DNA of 46,658 nucleotides from Dehalococcoidia bacterium (GTDB lineage Bacteria > Chloroflexota > Dehalococcoidia > Lucifugimonadales > UBA3495): positions 1-46,658 of the forward strand of contig PBPE01000045.1 of NCBI GenBank assembly GCA_002724585.1, written 5' to 3'. Under the pieces are notes generated by a model that was not told where the DNA came from, ran no database searches, and saw only the letters and a program-made list of their open reading frames with translations. The stretch's first letter is position 1; each line of letters opens with the position of its first letter. A program made the translations under genes and the position numbers. Shown here one piece after another: positions 35,187 to 44,021 of this stretch.

Positions 35187-36600
35187 TCATTCAGAGAGTC
35201 ATTATCCTCACGATATGTGGGTCTTTCCAGACGCGCAGTCGACAACTCAGGATGTCGCTGGTAAGACGGCTTCCACGCCAGGGATACTTAAGCTAGGTCT
35301 AGCTATCGCTGGAGTGTTGGCTATTCTTGGGGTAGTGGGATTTGTATTGAGGATGACCACTGATGGTTTCTCAGACTATGGTGCATGGGGTTATTATGCT
35401 GCCATCTTCTCGTACATATTTGTTATAACCAGCTCAGCTCCCCTAGTGGCTGTAGCCTTCAGGCTGACGAAGAGCCATTGGAGAAGACCAATATCTAGGA
35501 TCTCTGAATTGTTTGCGTTGGTTGGCGTAGTAAATGTGATCCTGTATATACCCTTAATATACCTTTTGCCCCCAATTAACAATCCGAATTTCGTGCCAGG
35601 AATGCATGGCGAGCTCCAGATTCGAAAGACGATTTGGATGGAAGTTCCGTTTGGCGCTCCCCATTTATGGGATTTCTTAGGAATAATTTCTCTAGCTGTT
35701 CTGAGCCTTGTTATATTGTGGGTGTCTGTGGTTCCAGATCTCGCAGAAGCCCGTTCAAGTGCCAGTGGATGGCGTAATAAGCTATATGCTTTGTTAGCTG
35801 GACACTGGTATGGCACAAAGAAACAGTGGATACATCAAAAAATTAGTCTTGCACTGTTGGGTGCGTTGTATTTTATGATGGTAGTGTTCGTCCATTTCTT
35901 GATTGTTAGTGATTTTGCCATGAGTCTGATACCCGGTTGGAAAGACTCTATTTTGCCACCTCTCTATACTGTGACAGGGTTCCAGTCAGCGTTGAGTATT
36001 ATTTTGATAATAGCCTTTACAATGCGGAAGTGGGGAGGGTACGAGAAATATTTTGGCACATCCGTTTTTTGGTCGGCTAGTAAAATACAAATAGGGTTAA
36101 CGCTCCTTTGGACTTACCACCTTTTTGCTTTCTTCATAACTCTCTGGTATGGAAGAATGGAATTAGAGCAGAATATCCTTAGGTATCTTATGTTTGAGTC
36201 CTATTCATGGATTTTCTGGCTAAATGTTATATTCATTTTCTTGGTACCGTTCTGGATTTTAGTATGGAATCCAGTAAGGAAGACGGCTTGGGGTCCTGCT
36301 CTAGCAGGAATATCTATACTTATTGGCAACTTATTATTCCAGATCAGGATGTTCGTCGGAGCATTTAACGCTGGAGATATATATCATCTAGGCCTGTTTA
36401 AGGTGCCACCACCGGTATTTCCTGATTTATGGGACGTGTTCATTGTATTAGGCGGAATAGGCTTAGTAGCATTTATATATCTAATAGGAACCAGAATCCT
36501 ACCGGCGTTGGCAGTATGGGAAGTCAAAGAAGGTGCTATGTACCAGAAGATGGATACTCTATACAGGGGAGAATATCTGGTTTTAGCCAAACCAGAATAA
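35179..36600 (+). CDS. NrfD/PsrC-family integral membrane subunit, divergent paralog of ActC (ActF-like)
   Basis: 473 aa and multi-TM. Colinear with the next gene (VVPDLAEAR vs LIPDFAVLRDR; YALLAGHWYGTKKQW vs YALLAMGWEGNARQW) but lacks the FVFWIGISHAG motif. Its start overlaps the actB2 stop by 8 nt. Confidence 0.75.
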   Translation: MSSHSESHYPHDMWVFPDAQSTTQDVAGKTASTPGILKLGLAIAGVLAILGVVGFVLRMTTDGFSDYGAWGYYAAIFSYIFVITSSAPLVAVAFRLTKSHWRRPISRISELFALVGVVNVILYIPLIYLLPPINNPNFVPGMHGELQIRKTIWMEVPFGAPHLWDFLGIISLAVLSLVILWVSVVPDLAEARSSASGWRNKLYALLAGHWYGTKKQWIHQKISLALLGALYFMMVVFVHFLIVSDFAMSLIPGWKDSILPPLYTVTGFQSALSIILIIAFTMRKWGGYEKYFGTSVFWSASKIQIGLTLLWTYHLFAFFITLWYGRMELEQNILRYLMFESYSWIFWLNVIFIFLVPFWILVWNPVRKTAWGPALAGISILIGNLLFQIRMFVGAFNAGDIYHLGLFKVPPPVFPDLWDVFIVLGGIGLVAFIYLIGTRILPALAVWEVKEGAMYQKMDTLYRGEYLVLAKPE

Positions 36601-36671
36601 ATATACTGGAAATATAAAACGATTACTTCTCTGTATGAATCATGAGAAGATACGAGGCATAGGAGCCAAAA

Positions 36672-38051
36672 ATGCAGGAAGGTAGAGTCCTATCCGCCGA
36701 ACAAGTTAATAGAGATCTGCTCCGATCTATATTGGAGACTCCTAAATGGTTTTGGCCAGTGGTTGGTGTACTTGGCCTGATAGTACTCATAGCCGCAATA
36801 ATCATCGGCTATATGATTAATCGTGGACTTGGTATCACAGGCCTGAACCGCCCGATTTTCTGGGGATTTTTTATTACCAACTTCGTATTCTGGATTGGTA
36901 TCAGTCATGCTGGAGTTATGTTGTCCGCTATTTTACGCTTAGCTAAGGCTGAGTGGAGAAGGCCAGCTACAAGAGCTGCGGAAGTTTTGACGATATTCTC
37001 TCTAATGACGGCTATGATCATGCCGATAATACATACAGGGAGGCCGTGGAGAATACTTTACTGGGCTTTCCCGTATGACTTTGCTCGCGGTATATGGCCG
37101 AATGTTCGGACTCCTCTGATTTGGGATCCGAGCGCGATTCTTACGTACCTGACCTCAAGCACTCTGTTTGTACTGATAGCTTTAATACCGGATTTTGCGG
37201 TATTAAGAGACCGTACTACTGGTATATCGCACCGCATATATGCTCTTTTGGCGATGGGATGGGAGGGTAATGCAAGGCAGTGGAAACTGCAGATCATAGC
37301 GGGTGTGTTATTGTCTGCTCTGATCCTGCCGGTATTCGTCTCCGTCCATAGCATCGTGTCATGGGACTTCGGTATGGCAGTGGCTGCTAAATCGTGGCAT
37401 TCAACCGTGTTTGCGCCTTACTTTGTTGTAGGAGCGGTTCATTCTGGCGTGTCAGCTGTGGCGTTTGTGCTAATTTTATTGAGGTGGATGTATGGCTGGC
37501 AGGATTATATCCGGCATGAACATATAGATGGTTTAGGGCGATTACTAGTCGTAGTGGCGACGGGATGGTTTTATTTCTTTGTCATGGAAGTAATCTTCGG
37601 AATATATGGTCGTGAAGCTGATGAAATTGCTGTACGAAGTTTGCAGTTTATTCAAGAACCGTTCCAAGCATGGACGATTATATTTATTGTGACGACTTAC
37701 TTTATTCCAGTAGCCTTGTGGTTAACACGTCGTGCTCGCAGAAACCTGTGGATAATGTCTGCGGCTTGTATATCTGTGAATATCGGTATGTGGCTTGAGA
37801 GGTATTTGATTATCGTCCCTGGTCTTGCTAACCGTACAGGTTTTACGTTTAGCTGGAATAGTTATGTGCCCTCCGTTTATGAGGCTATAATAGTGGGAGC
37901 AACGTTCGCATTTGTTTCGATGCTGTTATTATTGTTTAGTAGAGTGTTCCCTCTAGTACCACTGTATGACATAAAAGAGGGCGATATACTTAAGAATGAG
38001 TCCGTCAAGATAGGTCGACGGGTGGTTCCAGCGACATTTAGAGAAGATTAG
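36672..38051 (+). CDS. ACIII NrfD-family quinol-interacting membrane subunit (ActC-like)
   Basis: GLNRPIFWGFFITNFVFWIGISHAGVMLSAILRL is the characteristic ActC/NrfD N-terminal motif. 459 aa, about 10 TM helices. AGGAG RBS. Confidence 0.85.
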   Translation: MQEGRVLSAEQVNRDLLRSILETPKWFWPVVGVLGLIVLIAAIIIGYMINRGLGITGLNRPIFWGFFITNFVFWIGISHAGVMLSAILRLAKAEWRRPATRAAEVLTIFSLMTAMIMPIIHTGRPWRILYWAFPYDFARGIWPNVRTPLIWDPSAILTYLTSSTLFVLIALIPDFAVLRDRTTGISHRIYALLAMGWEGNARQWKLQIIAGVLLSALILPVFVSVHSIVSWDFGMAVAAKSWHSTVFAPYFVVGAVHSGVSAVAFVLILLRWMYGWQDYIRHEHIDGLGRLLVVVATGWFYFFVMEVIFGIYGREADEIAVRSLQFIQEPFQAWTIIFIVTTYFIPVALWLTRRARRNLWIMSAACISVNIGMWLERYLIIVPGLANRTGFTFSWNSYVPSVYEAIIVGATFAFVSMLLLLFSRVFPLVPLYDIKEGDILKNESVKIGRRVVPATFRED

Positions 38052-38078
38052 TTTTAGGAAATTTAACGAGGTAATCGT

Positions 38079-38588
38079 ATGGCTAAAAGTCCTATATTGG
38101 GTTTATTCAAAGATGCAAATGCGGCGGCTGATGCTGGAGATGCCCTTAAGTCGTCAGGTGTCTCAGAAAATGATATTGATTTTCTCACTGATGCGCCTTA
38201 TCCAGAAGGGGCATTTGGAGAACGGGAAGAGAAGCATAGATTGTATTTGTTTCCATTCATAGGAGCGACTCTCGGATTGTCTGCTGCGATTTTGTTAACA
38301 TCTATGACTCAATTGGCCTACCCGTTGGTTACCGGAGGTAAGCCAATATTGGCATTACCTGCGATGGCAGTAGTAAGTTATGAAGGGACTATGCTGGGGG
38401 CTATTTTATTCACTTGTTTGGGGGTAATTTTCGAGTCTAGGCTCCCAAAATTGAAAAGTGGATTGTATGACACTCGTATAACTGAGGGTTATATTGGTGT
38501 GCTAGCAAGCGTTGAAGATGGAGATCTAGATCAGACTAGAGGTATTCTCAACCAAGCAGGCGCAGATGATGTGAAGACCGAAGGATAA
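38079..38588 (+). CDS. ACIII membrane subunit ActD-like (DUF3341-type)
   Basis: Soluble N-terminus MAKSPILGLFKDANAAADAGDALK followed by two TM helices. The position after ActC fits ActD. Confidence 0.75.
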   Translation: MAKSPILGLFKDANAAADAGDALKSSGVSENDIDFLTDAPYPEGAFGEREEKHRLYLFPFIGATLGLSAAILLTSMTQLAYPLVTGGKPILALPAMAVVSYEGTMLGAILFTCLGVIFESRLPKLKSGLYDTRITEGYIGVLASVEDGDLDQTRGILNQAGADDVKTEG

Positions 38589-38628
38589 CAATTAAGAAGA
38601 TTGGATTGATATTGAGAAATTGGCAAAA

Positions 38629-39153
38629 ATGATGAGAATAACCAGCCTGAAACGAATGAAAACAATTTTAATGGGTATATCTATAACCACCGTATTGCTT
38701 GCGGCTACGGGTTGTTCTCAAGGTTCATATCCAATAGATATTTTCTATGAAATGCACTATCAAGATTCCTATAAATCTCATGAACCACCTCGGTTAAGCG
38801 TTCCTGACTCAGCAGTGCCATGGTATGATGCGCCCAAGGCTACATCTTTCACTGATGACGCGAAGCACATGTATGACGTTAACTGTTCTATGTGTCATGG
38901 TGTATCTGGCCAAGGAGACGGACCTGTACTTGACAGTATGACGAGTAAATATGGATATCAGCCGGTAGTTACTCCTGATTTAACATCAGATCAGGCTAAA
39001 TCTCTCGGAGTAGCTGGAGTTCAGGGTTTCATCGTAAACGGTCTTCAGGTGATGCCTAGTTTTGCTAAATTGATGACGGAAGAGGAAATGGCCTTAACTG
39101 CTAATTATGTTGTCAATTGTCTTCAAGTCCAACAACCTGAGGCCTGTAAGTAA
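38629..39153 (+). CDS. ACIII monoheme cytochrome c lipoprotein (ActE-like)
   Basis: Lipobox LLAATGC, a single CSMCH heme motif, and a distal VMPSF Met ligand region. The start is uncertain (TTG 38620, ATG 38629 or ATG 38656). Confidence 0.75.
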   Translation: MMRITSLKRMKTILMGISITTVLLAATGCSQGSYPIDIFYEMHYQDSYKSHEPPRLSVPDSAVPWYDAPKATSFTDDAKHMYDVNCSMCHGVSGQGDGPVLDSMTSKYGYQPVVTPDLTSDQAKSLGVAGVQGFIVNGLQVMPSFAKLMTEEEMALTANYVVNCLQVQQPEACK

Positions 39154-39266
39154 TCACACTAATAGTTTCCATAATTACCAAAGCTATGTCGCGTATATCC
39201 TGATTGTAGGACTGAGCATTGTACTGCAGATTTAATCGGATTGGATATTCTGTTGGTCTTTTTGAT

Positions 39267-39842
39267 ATGTGCTCAATGTATGCACGCTATATTCTTCTAC
39301 TTATGGTCTTGCTTAGCGGTTTCATATTTGTACATCCTCTACAAGCACAGTCCCCAGAACAAGAATTTTCTACTATGGAATATGATGAAAAGGAGGCTTA
39401 TGCCATAGATGGGATGATAATGTGTCCAGTGTGTCCGGCTGAAACTATAGATCAAGCTCAAGTTCCGCTGGCTCGCCAGATGAAACAAATAATTAGGCAG
39501 AAATTGTCAGATGGTCAGACGCGGGAAGAGATACTGGATTACTTTGTAGACAGGTATGGAGAACAGATATTGGCTGCACCTAAGAGAGAAGGTTTTCACC
39601 TCATAGCCTGGGTTGCCCCAATTTTTATCGTCTTTGGAGCATTATCCCTCGGAGTATTAGCACTAAAGTCCATGAAAAACGCTAAAGAAGATATACCGCT
39701 AGGAAGTACGGTTGTAGATGATCATGAAGATCGTCATAGATATCTAGGGATTGTAGACCAGATAGTCTCTCAAAATCAGCTCAGCAGCTCTAGTTCAGAG
39801 GATACGGTTAATTCGGAAGGGGAAGATGGCGATCGTGGGTGA
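39267..39842 (+). CDS. ccmH: Cytochrome c-type biogenesis protein CcmH
   Basis: MCPVCPAETIDQAQVPLARQMKQIIRQKLSDGQTREEILDYFVDRYGEQIL matches the CcmH CxxC plus helical-bundle signature, followed by a TM helix. The start is uncertain (39219, 39267 or 39276). Confidence 0.75.
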   Translation: MCSMYARYILLLMVLLSGFIFVHPLQAQSPEQEFSTMEYDEKEAYAIDGMIMCPVCPAETIDQAQVPLARQMKQIIRQKLSDGQTREEILDYFVDRYGEQILAAPKREGFHLIAWVAPIFIVFGALSLGVLALKSMKNAKEDIPLGSTVVDDHEDRHRYLGIVDQIVSQNQLSSSSSEDTVNSEGEDGDRG

Positions 39843-41790
39843 ATTAGGAGCGACTACGTTATGGATGGCGATCTGTTTAGCCACTTATTCGGGTGTGGGA
39901 TCTATTGTAGGCAAGATATTTGGTATTTATTCACTTCTTGAGAGTACGAAAAAATCAGTTTATTTACTAGTGTTAGTTCTGGGTGTTTGTACTGCTAGCT
40001 TAGTGGGTCTGTTCATTAGCAGAGATTTTTCCATCGCATATGTTGCGGGGCATAGCAACCTTGCCATGGACCATATTTATACCTGGGTTGCATTTTACGC
40101 TGGTAATGAAGGGTCGCTGTTATATATTGCCTTTGTGTTATCTGTGATGGCTGCTTTAGCAGTTAGATTCGCTCCATCTAGGATACGACCTACATTGCCA
40201 TTTTCAACAGCAATCATGATGGTAGTGTTAGTGTTTTTCTTGGTAGTGATGGCTCTGATGGCTAATCCATTCGCAAAATTACCTATAACCCCTCCAGACG
40301 GAGAAGGAATTAATCCTCTATTGACTCATTTTGGGATGTTTTTCCATCCACCTGCTTTGATGGCTGGGCTAATAGGGATAACGATACCTACAGCTTTTGC
40401 TCTTGGTGGAATATTAGGAAAGCAAACACGTGACGAATGGGTGGAGATAGGTAGGATTTGGGGACTAGTAATTTGGCTGTTATTGGCTAGTGGACTTCTA
40501 TTAGGTTCTTGGTGGGCGTATACGATATTGGGCTGGGGCGGATTTTGGTTTTGGGATCCAGTAGAAAACGCTGCTTTTATGCCGTGGTTGGTATTAACCG
40601 CATTTATTCATTCTATAATGGTTCAGAGGCGGAGAGGGATGTTCCGCATGTGGAACATAGTAATCATTAACATAGCTTTTTCGCTTGCTTTATACGGAAT
40701 GTTTATGAATAGAGGCGGTCCTGTGCCTTCTGTTCATTCCTTTGGTGCATCTTCGTTAGGATGGGTGTTCCTGCTGTTTTTGGCCTTTGGGACTGTGGTT
40801 CCCTTCGCAATATTCTTCTGGCGGTTTAATCTATTGAGAAGTGCCCGGGCCCTTGAATCTATGCTTTCCCGTGAGTCGGCGTTTTTGATGAATAACCTTC
40901 TGTTACTGGGGATAGCGTTCGTTACGTTGTGGGGGACGGTATACCCGTTGATTTCGAAATTAATAACCGCGCAGGAAATAACCATTGCACGGCCATTTTA
41001 TGATCAAGTTAATGGTCCGATCATGTTAGCGCTAATCATGCTGATGGGAATTGGACCTCTGATACCATGGAGACAAGCTAGTGTCGCGACGTTGTTCAAA
41101 TCGCTAATGTGGCCAATTATAGTTGCGTTTATAGTTGTCGTAATAATTAGTCTGATAGGTTTTACGAAACTGTATCCTTTAATCGGTTATGGTATAGCTG
41201 GCATGGTGACGACTGGGATTACAATAGAGTGGGTTAATGGGTGTAGGTCTAGGAGATTAGCCTTTCGCGAAAGCTATCCTCTAGCGTTCGCGAAATTGTT
41301 GATGGCTAATCGTCCTAGGTATGGTGGGTACATTGTTCATTTAGCTGTTGTAATGGTCCTATTGGGAGTTCTGGGAGCCTCGTTTTTTAATATTCAAAAA
41401 GATGTCGTATTGGCCCAAGGCGAGTCGGTCGATGTGTCGAATTATTCTGTTAAATACGTAGGAACTAACGTTGTATCACGTTCAGATAGGGTTTCATATC
41501 TAACAGATGTTGAGGTGTCACGTGACGGGCAATTTTTCAAGAATATGACGTCCCGTCGGGATTTTTATCCATCATTTAATATGGCTTCTACTCGGGCGGC
41601 TATACACAGTACTCCTATTGAAGACTTTTACATAGTACCTAGTGAGAATATGGCAGATGGATCGGTCGGCATACGCATTTTGGTAAACCCTATGATGTGG
41701 TGGATGTGGGTAGCCGGCCCTGTTTTCGTTTTAGGAACAGTAATAGCTTTGTGGCCGGATCGTAGAGGATCTATCAGTAAGCCTTTATAA
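39826..41790 (+). CDS. ccmF: Cytochrome c heme lyase subunit CcmF
   Basis: WWD motif WGGFWFWDPVENAAFMPWL. 654 aa and multi-TM. Overlaps ccmH by 17 nt. Confidence 0.92.
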   Translation: MAIVGELGATTLWMAICLATYSGVGSIVGKIFGIYSLLESTKKSVYLLVLVLGVCTASLVGLFISRDFSIAYVAGHSNLAMDHIYTWVAFYAGNEGSLLYIAFVLSVMAALAVRFAPSRIRPTLPFSTAIMMVVLVFFLVVMALMANPFAKLPITPPDGEGINPLLTHFGMFFHPPALMAGLIGITIPTAFALGGILGKQTRDEWVEIGRIWGLVIWLLLASGLLLGSWWAYTILGWGGFWFWDPVENAAFMPWLVLTAFIHSIMVQRRRGMFRMWNIVIINIAFSLALYGMFMNRGGPVPSVHSFGASSLGWVFLLFLAFGTVVPFAIFFWRFNLLRSARALESMLSRESAFLMNNLLLLGIAFVTLWGTVYPLISKLITAQEITIARPFYDQVNGPIMLALIMLMGIGPLIPWRQASVATLFKSLMWPIIVAFIVVVIISLIGFTKLYPLIGYGIAGMVTTGITIEWVNGCRSRRLAFRESYPLAFAKLLMANRPRYGGYIVHLAVVMVLLGVLGASFFNIQKDVVLAQGESVDVSNYSVKYVGTNVVSRSDRVSYLTDVEVSRDGQFFKNMTSRRDFYPSFNMASTRAAIHSTPIEDFYIVPSENMADGSVGIRILVNPMMWWMWVAGPVFVLGTVIALWPDRRGSISKPL

Positions 41791-41835
41791 AATATGAGGA
41801 GCAAACTTTTCTAGTACATTGCTACCGGGTTAGGC

Positions 41836-42216
41836 GTGATATTTATGTCAGTTTTTTTATGTGTATTACTAGGAGTATTTTGTGTAGGGGTCGTGGTATA
41901 TCCATTCTTCAAAAACAGATATTTTCCAAATATGAGTTTTGCTCCAATGGGGTCTGTCGATTCTACTTCAGAGTTAGATAATGTACTTCGGTCAATTCGC
42001 ACGTTGCAGTTGGAATTCGGTATGGGAAACATATCTGAGGAAGCTTTCAATAGAGAACTGGATCAATACCGAGATGACGCGGCTACTTGTATACAGCAGA
42101 TGGAAATTGGACGATCTAATGAATTGGAAACTGAGGTTGAGCATGAAATAGCTATTGCCCGACTCCGGTTGCAAGATTCTGATGATAAGCCTGTGGGTGA
42201 AACGGAGTATTTTTAG
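41836..42216 (+). CDS. Small membrane protein: one TM helix plus a cytoplasmic helix resembling the CcmI N-terminal module
   Basis: TM helix FMSVFLCVLLGVFCVGVVVYPFF, then LRSIRTLQLEFGMGNISEEAFNRELDQYRDD. From memory, this follows the L-x2-L-x6-G-x-I-x3-E/Y-x2-R-x-E-L pattern of the CcmI/CycH cytoplasmic loop. Confidence 0.45.
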   Translation: MIFMSVFLCVLLGVFCVGVVVYPFFKNRYFPNMSFAPMGSVDSTSELDNVLRSIRTLQLEFGMGNISEEAFNRELDQYRDDAATCIQQMEIGRSNELETEVEHEIAIARLRLQDSDDKPVGETEYF

Positions 42217-42223
42217 AGGAACA

Positions 42224-43444
42224 ATGCATTGTAATAGTGGTATAAAACGTACATTGACGTTCTTTGCCGTTGGTTTGTTATGTCTCGTGCTTATTGGGAT
42301 TTTCACCGTGGCACGCGCATATGCACAGAGTCCGACAGCTATTACCGGGATAGTTGTTAATGGTACGAATGATTATGTTGTTGATGCTGGTCTTCCTGTA
42401 GTCCTGTATTCCTTCAATAACATGGGCCAAGACGTTACCACGTATGATTCTCTCACTGATGAGGTAGGTAGATTCGTATTTGATGATGTGTCCCTTGATA
42501 ATGGGGTGGGGTATGCGCTAGGTGTCGATTATGGCGGGATGAGTTATAGTGTGTTGTTGGCTGAAGAAGATTTATTCGAACCTATTTCAATTACTATATA
42601 TGAACCGACTCAGGATTTATCTGTTATTTCTGTAAGCACCCATACCTTGATTATCGCAGATATAAATGAAAAAGATCAGATGATCGAGGCGGTTGAATTT
42701 GTTAGCTTATCCAACACCAGTGATTTTAGTCTGATTCCAGACCTTGATACGGTGAGTCAGGGCCTCTTCAGTTTTATGAGATTTTCTTTGCCTGAAGGGG
42801 CTGCGGATTTGGACTTGCAATCGGATTTGGTAGGCGGGCAAATTATACCTATGGGTACAGGGTTTGCTTTGACGTCCCCAATCGCACCGGGATCACATTC
42901 AGTCACGTATAGTTATAGATTTCCTTACAGAGGGGATACAGCTACATTTAAGCAAAACCTGATGCAAGGTGCGGAGCTGTACCAGGTTTTGATTCCGAAG
43001 CATGAAAACTCACCCAAAGTAATAGGACCAATGGAAGAGTCGGAAATTAATATTGAGGGTATTGATTATACTATTTGGGAAGCACGCTCTCGCAGTCCAA
43101 AACAAGGTTTGTCCGTGGAGGTAGTTGATTTACCACAAATGGGGATAGCATCCAGTCTCTGGAATAGATTGTTACAACCTAAATTTTGGTACCGGGCCAT
43201 GCCCGTTTGCGTCGGTATTGTATTGCTATTTGTTTTACTTTACTCAATCTATATTGGAATTAGAAGTAAGATAATGGGAAATAGCATCGGCTCTGGAGAC
43301 ACTAGGGATCAAATCATAGAAAAAATAGCCCTACTTGACGAAAATGCTATGACAGGTCAATTGAGCAAGCGTGAGTATGATCGCGAACGGCTTATATTGA
43401 AGAACAGACTTCTATTAATGATGGATAGTGGGGAGTTTAAGTGA
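42224..43444 (+). CDS. Exported beta-rich protein with a C-terminal TM anchor and a CcmI-like cytoplasmic tail; function unknown
   Basis: Start set at the ATG at 42224, with AGAGGA upstream. Signal peptide ...FTVARAYAQSP, and a carboxypeptidase-regulatory-like opening (ITGIVVNG...DEVGRFVFDDV). TM helix AMPVCVGIVLLFVLLYSIYIGI, then tail IEKIALLDENAMTGQLSKREYDRERLILKNRLL. Confidence 0.55.
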   Translation: MHCNSGIKRTLTFFAVGLLCLVLIGIFTVARAYAQSPTAITGIVVNGTNDYVVDAGLPVVLYSFNNMGQDVTTYDSLTDEVGRFVFDDVSLDNGVGYALGVDYGGMSYSVLLAEEDLFEPISITIYEPTQDLSVISVSTHTLIIADINEKDQMIEAVEFVSLSNTSDFSLIPDLDTVSQGLFSFMRFSLPEGAADLDLQSDLVGGQIIPMGTGFALTSPIAPGSHSVTYSYRFPYRGDTATFKQNLMQGAELYQVLIPKHENSPKVIGPMEESEINIEGIDYTIWEARSRSPKQGLSVEVVDLPQMGIASSLWNRLLQPKFWYRAMPVCVGIVLLFVLLYSIYIGIRSKIMGNSIGSGDTRDQIIEKIALLDENAMTGQLSKREYDRERLILKNRLLLMMDSGEFK

Positions 43445-44001
43445 CGGTTCGGATATGGTTAATGATCGGTGTAGGCGTGCCGGTAATTGGTATATTGGGC
43501 TTATTAGTTTGGGCTTCCTTGCCAGGATATAGTCAGCCAACCGGCTTAAATCGAGACTTTAAAGCTGTTGCTGTCGAATCACGTGCCGCTAGTGCTTTCA
43601 CTCTAACTACTATGGACGGTCGAAATATAAGCTTAGCTGATTTCAAAGGAAAAATTGTATTGATTGATTTTTGGGCTTCTTGGTGCGAACCGTGCAGGTA
43701 TGAAGCTCAGTTATTGAATGATGGTTATAACGCATATTCTAATAACAATGTGGAATTTATAGGAATAAACATTTGGGATAATGAGTTGTCTGCGGAAAAC
43801 TTCGTGGAGGAATTTTCTGTGCCCTACGCAAATGGAATTGATGTTAGTGGCAACATAGCGATTAACTATGGGGTTGCTGGTGTGCCTGAGAAATATTTTA
43901 TTGATCAATATGGCTACATTCAGAAAAAGTTTCGAGGCCCTATTAGCGAAGATATATTAAGTTCCACTATTGATGAGATGCTATCTGAGGGATCGTACTG
44001 A
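43441..44001 (+). CDS. Membrane-anchored thiol:disulfide oxidoreductase (TlpA/ResA/CcmG family)
   Basis: N-terminal TM helix and thioredoxin motif FWASWCEPC. The GTG start overlaps the preceding stop (GTGA). Confidence 0.85.
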   Translation: MTVRIWLMIGVGVPVIGILGLLVWASLPGYSQPTGLNRDFKAVAVESRAASAFTLTTMDGRNISLADFKGKIVLIDFWASWCEPCRYEAQLLNDGYNAYSNNNVEFIGINIWDNELSAENFVEEFSVPYANGIDVSGNIAINYGVAGVPEKYFIDQYGYIQKKFRGPISEDILSSTIDEMLSEGSY

Positions 44002-44021
44002 TAGAGCAGAGGATATGTGAC

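Noticed and set aside
35394-35816. 140-aa minus-strand ORF inside the ActF-like gene, with similar small ORFs inside actB1, actC and ccmF
   Set aside because: Antisense to confidently assigned operon genes. No independent signals.
42155-42223. N-terminal extension of the 429-aa ORF overlapping the 126-aa gene
   Set aside because: The ATG at 42224 has an AGAGGA RBS and is followed immediately by a typical signal peptide. The upstream 23 codons overlap the preceding gene and are not signal-like.
41811-42306. 79-aa and 104-aa minus-strand ORFs opposite the 126-aa and 406-aa genes
   Set aside because: The plus-strand genes fit the operon (short gaps, RBS, TM and signal-peptide features). The minus-strand frames lack any of these.
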